Shown one piece after another: positions 34,001-47,000 of a DNA stretch of 64,000 bases. The DNA is from Bugula neritina. Lineage: Eukaryota; Animalia; Bryozoa. The position numbers and the translations under genes were made by a program. The stretch spans positions 434,001-498,000 of the forward strand of contig OZ037769.1 of NCBI GenBank assembly GCA_964035545.1, given 5' to 3'. The notes under the pieces are model-generated. The model saw nothing but the letters and a program-made list of their open reading frames with translations. It made no database searches and had not been told where the DNA came from. The stretch's first letter is position 1. Every line of letters starts with the position of its first letter.

Positions 34001-37000
34001 ATATTATATGTTGCCATGCATATGGATGGCTGTACGACTAAAAACTGAGATGTAGCTTATAGGATTGATTGTTGAAATGAGGTTTGCAGTATTTACTACT
34101 TATAATTTACTGCATTATAATAAGTTGCTATATACTATTGGTTATTTTAAGCATCACGTCTTCAAAAAGCTCACCTATTGGCTGCCAACACAGAAATAGA
34201 TCCTGACCCAGACAGCACTGAGTGGACTGAGTTATACTATCAAGATGAATATATTACTTATTCTATTCCCAACAACTACTTTCAGTATAACCCTATAGAT
34301 GAGGGAGATCCCCTCTCAGTATACAGATATGTTGCTCTTTACTCTACATATTCTGGAGGTCTAGTTATAAGTGAAGTTCTGGTATTTGGAATTGGTAAGT
34401 CTATAGCTAGCTAATATATAACATGATAATCAATGTAACAACATTGCACTGGAAAATTGCAAAATTTTCGATCCAATAGGAAATCTAATACAAATACTAT
34501 TTGAACAAATGACCACTGACGATATAAAATTATTCAAATGTTTAAACTAAAAGTTTAGCACCTCAAGAAGTTGATGAATTAAAGTAGTTATATATAAATT
34601 ATAATTTAATATTTCAGGAAAGTCAGAGTTGCTGGTAAAAACTCTGAGAGCAGAACTCAAAGACCCAGACTGTGTGAAAGTGAACTGGGAGACTCCTTTA
34701 ACTGACACCTACACTTTTCAATATCAGGTAAATTTAGACACGCAATATTTATTACATTTTCATAAAAATATATATGAAATAGTAAAAGCGGGGTATTAAT
34801 ATATAGATATACTTGTATGGGCATCAAATTCAGAACTTATTTACTTTTTGTAGATTTCGTGCAAGATTTTGACAAAATTGTTAGCCAGTTTTGAGTATAT
34901 ATGTAAGTATATTAATTATTATACTTATATATATATACTCAAAAACTGGCTAAAAATTAGTATATACAATATTATAGATTGTCGATATATTATTTACTTT
35001 ATATTTCATGCATCAAAAAGTAACTATATATGTATTACTGTCTATTTTATATAACAAGTGAAATATTATCATATATAGCATAACGCACTCAAATAGTAAC
35101 TATACCGTATATAATACTGAGTATATTATAACAGGTGAGATACGACTCTGGTTCCTGGAAGGACACAACTACCAGTCTATTTGATGAAGAATGTGGATTC
35201 TCAGCATACAAGGAAGTAGAAGTAGAAGTTAGAGTTGTTGGATCTGATAAAACTGAGAGTAAATCTCTCACCACTAACTGTGCAGGTAAATGTTAGAAAG
35301 GCCATTTAAAATATGACAACAGAACAGTACAGTATAACTATAGAACAGTTTTCAATGAAAAATTAAAAAAATTATAACATGATAACCAAATTGTATCATT
35401 TGTTAGCAAATAAAATATTGTGAACTATCAGATATTTATATGAGACCAATATTAATGTATTTTCTCATTTAATTTGCTTAACTAATCCATTTTGGTTAAG
35501 TTGCATTTTAATTCTCTGCAGTTTGATTAAAGTTGCTAAAAATATTACAGGTAATTGTTTGCATATAATATAAGCTTTTTTATTATACTGTGTTTATGCA
35601 GAACCGTCAAAGCCAAGGGAAGACAACTTACAACATGTAGAAGTTAACAACTTAGGAAGGAAAATGTGGAAATATTCTATTTCCTGGAAGGTTTGTGTTT
35701 ATTATTATTCCATTCTGCATTCCCTTAACATGTTGCCGTCATGGGAATATAGATCTTCTTAGGTTTTACTAGTTATATACTTGTTTATAAATGCCAGTCA
35801 TAAAACATTAATGAGATTTTATAGAGCTGTATAAGCTAGGTCATGTGTATTTTGAGCTAGCACAGCATGCTTACCATTTTATATATACTGCATATCCACC
35901 AGGCCCCTTCTGCCATAAACTGTGAGAGTATAACTGAATACAAGATAAGATATCCAGATGTGACATCAGAAGAAATAGTGACTACAGACACAAGTTATGA
36001 AGTGTATGTTGAGGGTGGAGTTGAGTTTACTCTCTCTGTCAGAGCTGTTAATAATATGGGTCTTCATTCTGATTATCTTGTCATTACAGAGACTTCTCCG
36101 AAACTTGGTAAGGAGTTTTATTGAATTGGGAAAAGAAATTTAACATCCTTTTAAATAAATCTATTATTTTATTGTACTTTTATCTATTAGTGCTGTAGGC
36201 TTTCTAATTTCTAGTGCAATGCTATATTTTCAGCGCCACAGTGGGGATCAGTTACTGTTACCATGGAAACACTCAACAGCTCCTGTGTAGAACTAACATG
36301 GAATAGACCAGAGTATCCTGGGGGTGACATCATAAGCTATCAGGTCTGTCATAATATTAAAACAGTATCAGCCATTTGTTTTTGAACTGAAACACTATTA
36401 AAAGTGAACCTGCTCAGTTGATTATTTCTACTTATGTCATCTATCTGTACTTGTTACAGTCATTACCTAAAAAAGTGAATTATTCAGAAAAACTCTACAC
36501 TGTATTCAGTATTTAATTAATGTAACATAAACAACTTTCAGCTTACGTGTACAAACATGGCCGCCATGGACAAGCTACCCTCAACCTCTACAAGTCATAC
36601 TGTATGTGGATATTCAGCTTATACTTTAGTTGAGTGTAGCATCAGTGCTGAGAACAAAGCTGGGTTTGGAAAGTCTACAGAGTTTAATCCTGTCTACACA
36701 AGCTGTGAAGGTTAGTTGTTGAATTACATCAGTTTCATAGTAAAATCCTCGTTTCATTTTGACTGTTTTACTGCATATGTGTGAGTTTTGGTTATTCTGT
36801 TTTACTTCAAGTTAAATTCTGTATTTCTTGATGTAATAAGTTTACAGATAATGATCTCATAATTACTATAAATTCAAGTGTTTCCATTCAGTACAATATA
36901 TATATAAGCTATCTTGCAAGATTTTATGATTTGGCTATTTTTAGCTATAATAAGTATGCAGTGAATCAAAAACTGTTAACTGTTTTAGCTCCTGTTTTAC

Positions 37001-39177
37001 ACCTGCCTGCAAATCTTTCTTCATATGTAAAACAAGAAATTTCTATGAATTCAATTAGAATATTTCTCAATATATCAGATGAGGTGAGTGAAGCTTTTAG
37101 ACCTGTTTGTTTTAAGTAATATACAAGCCAAATTGCTATTGTATTGGCAGCTCAAATATTATAACCTAATGAACATTTTGTATGTTAATATAATATTTTT
37201 TGTAAATTTAAGAAACTTAAGATATTGTAACTCTCAAAGTATTTTCAAACATGTAAATGTTGTCAGTATTGTACTTTGGGTAAAAAATCAAGCCATGTAT
37301 TAGACTGCAAGTTTTTACTTCGGAAATAAAATAATTTGCTCAACATTCTTATTTAACATGAATAGATATACGTTTTCCAGTTTTATTTTTAAGCATGCCT
37401 ATTATCACACAATAATCAATATGACTTTGTTGCTTTTCTAGAACGTAGCTTTAAACTGTGATGAGCTGACTCGGTTAGTATACAGAGTGGATACAGAGAG
37501 TGAGTATACAGATGTTGGTGAATATATAGAAGGTTTACAACCTGGTACAGAGTATACAGTGGAAATCAGAGCTGAGAATAATGCTGGCTTAGATACAACT
37601 CAGAACTTTGACATCGTTACTGCCGGTAAGAGCTTTATATCATAATATGCAACTTCATCACAGTTTAATCACATTATATTGATTTACTTCAAGTTTAGCT
37701 ATAAGCTTAGGGATCCTAATTCATACTAAATTTGTTTCATGTGTTGATATAAAATTGAGCAGAATTTTTTATAAGTTGAGATGCTTTTTTTAAAAGATGA
37801 AAAGTTTTACCATGTCAAATATATACATAGTTCAGCAATTTTAAACGTCTGAACTTTTAAACAAGAATGGTTCCTATAAATAAACATTTAAGAAATTTCT
37901 AAGAGCAATTCTTTAAAATTTTTGTATGAATCATAATTACAGAAATTTCAACTGTAAGCCCAAAGCAAACTGTGCTATATGAGAAAAGACTAGTTGATTA
38001 TATAGCTTAAGTTACCAAGAAATACCCTTTCAGATGTGGAGAGAGTATGTCCACCTCCCCCATCTGTTAGAAATGCTGAAACACTGAGCACTCAGTCAGA
38101 CAGGAGGATAGACTCAGTAGTAACATACCTCTGTCTGGAAGGATACTACCGGACAGGAAGTGCTCAGCTCACTTGTGTTGTGGAGGAAGGAAAAGCTGTC
38201 TGGTTAGGAGAAGTACCAGAATGTGATGGCAGCTCAGGTTTGATATGAGAGCTTATATAGTTGTGATAAAAGTTCTGTGAAGTGTTATACCAACTCTATT
38301 ATGAAGAATCTTTATTCAAAATGTATTTATATTTCACAACTATATAACTTTATCCTTTAAATTCATGTATCTCTGTAAAGCTTATGTCCTCACTGGGATT
38401 CCAACCTGAAACCTCCAGTCCGGTAAACAGGAGCACCAACCATCACACCACTGGGTCACTGAATAACCTAAACATTATAATGTCTAACTATAGTTACTGT
38501 AATTTCAAGTTGAATGGCACTAGAATAATCATTTATTGTAGTTTATTGTTATGCATTTACACCTGCTTTTTGAAACAGAAACATTTTCTTCTTTTTACTA
38601 TAGCCTACTGCAAAAAACTTTAACATATCAATTTTACAGCATATAAATACTCAGACTGTCAGCTTCGCTCACAGATGCACACTCTTCGTTTGTATTACAG
38701 TGATTAGTTTTCTAATGAACTTTTCTTACGACTTTAGAATACAGAACTGCTTTACTGTCTGTTGGAGTAGCGTGTGGTCTGGTAATACTAATCCTCACAG
38801 CCATCATATTCATACTGGTTAGACAACTCTATATCAGAAAGTACACTGACTCAGCTCAACAGAGCAAGTCCACTGATGAATACGAAGAAGTCGGTCCCAA
38901 CCATCTCCACCCTGTGATGTCACTTAATGAGTCAGTTGAGCTCCCAGTGGCTAGTGTACCACACGCTCCAGTCCCTCCAGTCTATGAGAGCATAGATAAG
39001 AGGGATACAGTTGCTGATGGTATTAAGGACTACACAGGACTAGAGAATGTTAGCCTCTCTTCCAACTATGAACATCTGAAAGCTAGGCAAAGCTGTAACA
39101 ACTATGAAAGAATGAATTATGATGACAAACCTAGACCACAGGCTGATAAAGTTTATGAAAATTGTGACAAAAATTAA
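31050..39177 (+). CDS. Receptor A: type I membrane protein, 2 F-type-lectin/F5-8C-like + 4 FN3-like + sushi (CCP) + TM + tyrosine-motif (ITAM-like) tail, about 904 aa
   Basis: Exons 31050-31113, 31924-32112, 32794-33045, 33439-33648, 34152-34394, 34618-34727, 35135-35285, 35602-35690, 35903-36107, 36234-36343, 36542-36710, 36989-37083, 37442-37625, 38034-38237, 38738-39177; total 2715 nt, open frame (alternative ATG at 31041). Motifs: NLAKGK..AVDG..QWWIVDLG; ANDG..QWWRVDL; FN3 W..P / Y...VRA.N; sushi CPPPP..YLCLEGY..LTC..W..PEC; TM ALLSVGVACGLVILILTAIIFILV. Confidence 0.88.
38385..38459 (-). mobile_element. Short tRNA-like SINE head, family 1, degenerate
   Basis: Minus strand CAGTGGTGTGATGGTTGGTGCTCCTG..GGAGGTTTCAGGTTGGAATCCCAGTG resembles the copies at 55584 and 63891. 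Confidence 0.55.
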
Positions 39178-39685
39178 CTATCAGTAAAGATTATATAACA
39201 AGTTTCTCAGCTTATATATATATAATGTGCAGACGTGATTTAAAACGCTAAAAAATATTATAACTCACATAAAAATTTCTCATTCACATGTACAGCATAT
39301 TTCACACAAGTCTATAAGCATCTATTTTAGCTCAATGCTATTTTTACCACAAATTTATTTTTAGAGAAATATTTAATGCAATTTACTTTAATTTTGAGTG
39401 TTGTTCTTCTTGTATTATTATATTTAACATTTTCCTATATGTAGTACTTATGCAATATAAACATTTTATTGTTACATATATTCCTAATATTACACAGAGA
39501 GAAATATTAGTGTTAGAGTGAACATTAGCTGACAACTAAAACAGCTCGTTTTTTGGATCCCTAAATTGACCAGCAGTGAATAGAAACTAGTGTCAGGTAC
39601 TGTTCACAGTGAATAGTATGTTAGATCAATGTTGATATAAAGAGTTGTGAAGTTGATTCTTTGTATTTATCACAATGAGCCAAGT

Positions 39686-39915
39686 TATGTTCAATGGTGA
39701 TCTTATATATGTTCAATGGTGAGCTTAAATATTTTCGATGGTGATCTTATTTATGCTCAATAGTGATATTATATATGTTCAATGGTGATCTTATTTATGC
39801 TCAATAGTGATATTATATATGTTTAATGATGATCTAATTTCTGTTCAATGATGATCTTAGATATGCTCAATGCTGAACTAAGTTATATTCAAAGCTGAAC
39901 TTATAAATGTTCCAT
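39686..39915. repeat. 22-bp degenerate tandem repeat (TATGTTCAATGGTGATCTTATA)
   Basis: About 10 visible units. Confidence 0.8.
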
Positions 39916-40220
39916 GCTGCTCTAGTTTTTGTTGGAAATAAGCTTCTGCAAAAATTATTACTAATCACTCTGAACTAACTTGTCATAACTTCTAACCAGT
40001 ATGAGAGTATAGTAATGTGGATTTTATTGTATATGATAGTTGGATATAAGAAATGCAACAAAAAATAACTTCTAAAGATTAAAATAAGAAAAAAAACATG
40101 AAAATAAGCATTTGCAGAATTTTTCTACGACTGTAAATTCAGTTAACTTTTCTCAATATTAGCAGAACCTGCTAAGACCATAGTGTGTGTCATTACATTC
40201 TTGCTCTGTAGTGTAGCGAT

Positions 40221-40520
40221 AACCAAGCAGTTGTGGTGTGTAATGGTTAGCACACCTGTGTGCAAGTCCGAGGTCTGTGATAGTAACCCAAGTACGGGAG
40301 GGGGGAGGGGGAAGTTTTATAACTAATTCTAGCGGTTAGTAAAGTGTGGTAGAACTCCGAGAGAAGTTGAGTGGCCAGGGAAGCTTGAAGGAGTAGTATA
40401 AGAAGGCAGCTGAGTTCTTGAAAAGTGGGTAAGGTGTAGTGTCGAGAGCACCCAGTGAAGCTTGTAATGTAGTGGTGAGTGGGCCTGCTTGCAGGCTGGA
40501 GGTCTCAGCATGATTCAAAG
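40221..40520 (+). mobile_element. Two degenerate tRNA-like SINE heads, family 1
   Basis: GTGTAATGGTTAGCACACCTGTGTGCAAGTCCGAGGTC (about 40237) and CCTGCTTGCAGGCTGGAGGTCTCAG (about 40484). Confidence 0.5.
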
Positions 40521-43500
40521 TTTTGTAGCGGTCAAATTCTTTGTGCTCCTATTCAGCATCTTTGAGTGCATGTTCTTAAAAAATGTTATGGGATCTACAA
40601 CAAAAGATAAAAGTTGGGTAATATTTAAACTGTATTAGTATGAGCAGTAAACATTTGGTTAAGATATACAATCACAAGCAGCTTATAAATTAAGTTCAAC
40701 TTTGAAGAAGCTGAAGTCTAAGGCCAAAACGAATAGTATCAATGATGTTAGCTATGAATCTTTCAGCATATTTTTAGCACCATTATACCAATCGTTTGAT
40801 TCTGAATAACCATACAGGCTTTGGCAAACTTATGATCATTATGTTGCGTAGTGTTTGGGTTAGTTTAAGCTTATCAAAATTTAGTAACAATTTCGGCCAT
40901 CATTTTATTTTACTTCTTTCTTAATTACAAATGCAAAAGCTGTTGGGCATATTTAGTTTAGTTAATAGAAGCTTCTCTGTATTAAAATTATCTCAAAATG
41001 TCAGTGAACCACAATTTAAGCTGGAGTCAGCATTTTATATGGACCCCTCATATCGAGATAACAGATATTGATAAGTTTCAATATGTCTATAAATTGAAAA
41101 ACAAATAAAGTACTACCAAGAAAAATATTGCTACTTAAACATGTTGTTATATTTAATTGTGCTGCGCAAAGATAAATAAAAGAATAAACTGGTAGCACGG
41201 AAGTTAATAAAAAAATTTGCCAACTCACCACTTATATTGGCATTTTGGTACTTAACTATAAAACAAGAAGCTAGCTTGGCAGCTGCTTAAGGCTAATAAC
41301 TGCTTGTAGGCTGCTAAACTGCATTATGATTATTAACAATATGAATAATTCTACAATGGGGGGGGGGGAGAATTTAAATTAATGAATTTAGCACAAATTG
41401 CTAGAAGGTGAAGTGGAAATAAAACGCTAAATTTTTTGAAAATAGATTGTTACAGGAAAACTTGTATCAAATTGATATAGGAATAGAGTAGTTTGGGAAA
41501 TATCAGTTAATGTGGTCTCTTAAAAGTTATAGTTGCACAAATTCAATTATCTGTCTACAGCAATAGTCATACTGATACTGTCATTGTGATATAAAATGAC
41601 AACGTTAGGCAAATGATTGAGCTTACCTTTTGCTGCAATGACAACTTCAGTTCCTAACTCTGAAAGAAAGTGATCATCTTCTATCTCTGAGAGGTAGCTG
41701 CATTCTTTACCCATGTGATGAAATGATTCAATGTTTTCCATGTTGTGAGGTTGTTTGGAAGCACAAATTCACTGAATCTCAAAGCACAACCTTTTAGTCT
41801 GAGCCTCTGGTGTTCACTATGCCGGCAGAATATTTCTTCTGTCAATAGCCATGAATGAAAACTATGTGCTGTTATGTAATAACCTTTGCTTTGCTCTGTC
41901 ACTGCTTGGTAAGCCAGTTTCTTGCCTTTGAATTACAATTTAAATATTTCCTTACTATAGCTCTGTTATGCAACATCTTCTTTTGTTCCACCAGGTAGTT
42001 TACACAAGTTTACACAAGGCTTTTGAAGTGGTTCACCTGATCCACAATTGACTATTCAGTAGCTTGTTTCATTGTTAATTTTAAGCTTCTTGTTTGAAAC
42101 ACATTTGCTGATAACTGAGTACATTGGAGTTTAATGGTGCATCTCCCTGATCTCTCTTTTACACACATTTTAAATTAGCTGGCTTTCCTTTCCATGAATG
42201 AAATTGCCTAGTGAAGCCTAAACTACCCATGCAAGAGATATGTGCAGTTGAAATTTTTTGTTGATAAATTCAACTTAAGTCTTTGATAAACGGAGTGGGG
42301 CAATGTTAAATAGTAGTCTGGTAACAAGCTATTTGAAAATGTCTTGGGTTCAAAAAAATTTCGAAATCATAAACAGCTAGTAGGTTGAAGGAGTTTCATT
42401 TCACTTATATGCTCCCCAGTTGGGTTGTATTTTTTGTTTTGGTACTAAGTATTATATACCTATATACCCTTATATAACGTTCATATCAATTGCTAAACAT
42501 AGAATAACCATTAATATGATATATTTGCAATAATATTTAAATTTTCCCAAATTTGTGTTGAAAAAAAGCATTAAATGCATTAATAATAACATTTTTTTCC
42601 AAAAAAACAAAAAATATAGAAAATGCAAAATTAATAAGTTTATTCAGAGCAAAGAAATTTATTTCTGTGCCAATTATAAAAAGCAATTGACTCAAATTTA
42701 TTTAAATACACATATATTTCAATAGTGTTCAAATAAATTGCATGTAAAATGTATAAATAGCATCTAACTGGGAAGCACCGATTGAAATGACCCAAATGTA
42801 GGGTTCAACTTCATCCTAGCTTCCTATAAAGGTTTGTGATCATCATTAGTGCACATGTGAACGAATAATGTTGTTAGGTGAACAACTGCCAATTGTTCCA
42901 TAATTCTTATGTAAATAAAATTTTGCTTGAACATATGTAGTTGTAGCATTGATCTCACTTTCTGCTCCTATCAACTACTGTTTAGCTTCATTTAGACCTA
43001 GGGATGATGATTACGTAATACTTGTGAAAAGTAGCTTTGACTTAACAACTAAGTGGTTTCAGAGCTACTACAAAATATTTTTCAGCTTACACTAATCGGA
43101 TTAATTTTCAATTTCATCAAAATAAGTGCAGGTCTAACAACTATTAGAGGTGTGGTGCAGGCTATACCGACAATAAAAGGCTCTTTGAACAACTTTAGTG
43201 CAAGCGCTGCACTAATATTTCTCTCTGTGTATATAACACTTTACTTTTTATATTAATAAATCATTGTACACATAAAACACAAATATTCTTGGATTTTTCT
43301 AAAAAGAAGGAAGCAAAATTAATAGGTATCGATATATTTGTAAAAATTATAGTGAATTACTGTCGAGTTAAAACTGAATGATAAATAAGGGACCCATGCA
43401 TATCCGAGAGTTGGCTAAGTGCACTTTTTAAGCAGTTGGTCAAAGGCCATGATTTTTCTGGGCTTTTCAGTCTGCACTTTTTAAATCAACTGCAGAAAGT

Positions 43501-44039
43501 AAATTGCTCAACAGTGCAACATCTGTCGTAAGTTTTGGGATGACAACTTCTCAAATATACATAATAAATCAAAATAATAGAAAATTATACCAGCTATTAG
43601 GTGCCACTTACAACAGTCTAGTGATCAGGTATTGTTAGAACTTTATCGGCTTTTGTTTAGCTTCTTTATATAAATTGAAAGCTTGATGATTGAAGCTGGG
43701 TGTAATTCTACACTTCACAATACTAAACAAACAATACAATACAATAGAATATATTTTGTTAATACGACTCAAGGAATGTGCTTAGCTAGTAAATGTGACT
43801 CAATGTATAGACTTTGTATTCACTTATTAAGTTTACAGGTTATTAGTCTCATTCAAGACATATCAATATCGGGAGGTGGGTAAATTTGTTTATTAGTGCT
43901 TAGGCTAAAGCTAGAAAGTTATTGCAAGTACTTCCTCTTTAAATAAGACACTTGCTACTGCATTCTAATATTAGTAGAGAGAGCTGAAATATGCTAGTAT
44001 ATATCAGAGAGCTCACTTGACTTGTCATACCCTCAGAAG

Positions 44040-47000
44040 ATGTATTGGAGGGTTTCTACTTCCAGTTTGCTGGCTGTTCTCCTGTTGTTTGGCTTCACAT
44101 CAGGTAAGAAAACCTGAACTCCTATAGAGTTCGCTATTTATAAATGTTCTATTATAGTTGTGTTGTATTATTCGTTACTTAGTCTTTAGTTTGATATGGA
44201 TAACAAAAAGGTTGGCTATGTGGTCAATTTATGACTATATTAACTGAAGTTTATTTGAAATGTGTTTATATCTCAATGAGTGTCACCCCCTTACATGCTC
44301 TTTATATGTGGCAGGTGACAGTAAATGATATGGATATGTTATAAAATAATGACTCAAGTGTGTTATTGATTTAACTTGAATAGTTTTCAATTGAATTATT
44401 ATAGTGTGCTCCTTTAAATCTGTCATTATATATAATCTAAAGCATGTGTTATAGTTGTCAAAAACTAACAGATATAGTTTATATTTAATAAAATGTCACA
44501 AATTGAAAGTCATATAGATTGCATGTTGTAAAGTATATTTTTAGTGCTTCAAATCGTTTATTAAATCAAAAAAAATGTTGCTAACCCGTAAGATTGCTCG
44601 CCATAGCAACAGCGAATTGTTACAAGTCTAACAAACAGTTTCCTATAGTATACCAGTACCAATTAGTTTATTATGCAAGCTCCTAGATAAGAGTCATGAC
44701 TGGTTTTGTGGTCATCATTATATTGACATACATGCAGGATCTAATGCCATTGCAACTCTATTGAATTTATAGGCTTCAGCAGAAATAACTATGATATAGA
44801 CATTGATCTACATATAAAGCTAATACAAGGATGTGGATATTAAAGTTAAACTTCGGTCTTTGAGCATACTGGCCCTTTTAACTTCTTTATCTGCAGATTC
44901 ATGCGCTTTTTCTCATTTATAATATTAACTTACATGACATTTTCAATAGTTTTTATAAATCGTAGCTTCTCTCACATCATAGAATGCAGTGTGCACTATA
45001 CGTTTAAGACCTGGCCAAGCTTGTTAATTGGCTAGAATAACAATGCTACCACAAGCTACTTGCTAAGCAATAATAACTGGTATTTGGGCATAAAAAGATA
45101 ATTTCATTGAACTTTATAAAATTTCTTTGCTTGCTGACTTTTAATCTAGTTTAAAATGCTTTGTTATTGTGAATTTAAAAAATATATGTTATGCTAGAAG
45201 CAAAAAGAATAATATTATATCTTATTCAACAGCATAATTTATAGAGGAAGTACAAGCTGAGACTTAAAAAACAGCATTTCCAGTGCTTTGTGGCTGTTGT
45301 TTGCACTAATTTATGGCTCTGGTCTTATTCGATGTATAACTATATTCCCAAACACGAGAAGTCCATTCAAACAATTGTACTTTAGTATATATAATTACTT
45401 CACAGATTTTATATTTAAATTACTGTTTGGTATAATAAGCTACTATAGCTGTTTATGCTTTCTATAGGTTAAAAATTAAGGCAATAGAAAGCATATGTCT
45501 ATTGTGACTCCCAAATTAATTAGAGCATTATAGGAGTAGTAGAGAGATAGAGATCATTGCATATGTAACTAAATTCTGCTTCTGTATTTCCAGCCTCCAC
45601 AAACTTAGCCAAGGGAAAATACACATACAGCAGCACATCTACAGATGAGTCTCATAGACCTAGAGAAGCAGTAGATGGAGAGAGTAACTCCTACTTTCAG
45701 AGTGCTGGTTCTGCTAATCAGTGGTGGAGAGTGGATCTGGGAGGATCTTATTATGTTGGAGTCATTAAAGTGTACAGTTCACAATGTAAGCTTTATGGGT
45801 ATATTTTTAAATGAAATATATGGTTGTATTTATATATTTACTTAATGAAATTAAAACCTGATGTTAGTTTTAATTCAATTTGTTTTGATTAAAGTTTTTC
45901 AGTATATAATTATGCATTGTATGCAGGGAGTAAAAACATTACAGTTTGAAGGTATTTTTGTCAGAGCTTTTTAAAAGTTTCCAGGTTATTTGGTCCAACT
46001 TTTCATGTCATGTCATCTACTGCTGCTAGCATGAGTTTGTGATACGATACCAGATCTTCTTTAACCACAGTGACCAGTATAGTAACAGTTATGTGTAGCC
46101 AAAGTTTGGGGTTGAACAATAAACTTTATCTTTTTTTATTTTTATATAAAGTAATATATTGGATCATTTTAAATTTATTTAGTTCACAACATCATGTTAT
46201 GACCAAACATTAAAGTTTTTTCAAAGTTTACAAAAAATTATTGCATATATGTGTTATTTTTATTTGCTTATTCTGATTATGCATAACATAAAAATGCTGG
46301 GAAGAGATTCCTCAATATTAAAGTGCAGGTCATTGTCATCTCATGAGCTAAATATATATATGTGCGACTGTGATAAAAAAAACTGTCACGCTTTCACACA
46401 CTAATTTACTAAAGAAAATTAAAAAAAAGCTTATATAACAAATCAACAAAATTTGATATAAAACCTTAATTATTCAGCTTGTGTTTCTTAGGGCAAGAAA
46501 CCATATAGATTAGCTGCCAAAATGTAAAAAATAGCTAAAAGCTATAGATCTATATATAGAGTGTATACTAAATTAATTAAAATTACCCAATTTACATTTA
46601 ATTTTTACTAATTTTTTCATTTATATATATAATTGTCCTACAAACAATAATGCTATATATATTTGTAATATTTTCACTGCAAACTATACTGAAATATATA
46701 AATGCTTATAATATATATGTAGGTACTATATATAAATAACTTAAAGGCTGTTCCAGATGTAGGCTTCTGCTTTTCCATGCTTATGAAATTTTAAAACATA
46801 ATTGCCTGATGTTGTCAGTTATTTTGTTATTTAAATACTTTATCTATGCTCAACGATAACATCATGAATCATTAAAGTTTTCAATTATTGCTTAGCAAAA
46901 GTGATGGATTCTCCAGAAATGCATGCAAACATTAAAGTCCAACACTCACTCCTAATTCTAAATAAAAATCTCAAATATTGTTAGCTGATATAATTTACTT

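Noticed and set aside
41540-42250. Coding-like minus-strand stretch (ORFs 41547-41741 and 41681-41902), possibly a decayed transposase
   Set aside because: Frames are broken, I recognise no motif, and I found no TIRs; a BLASTX against TE proteins would be needed.
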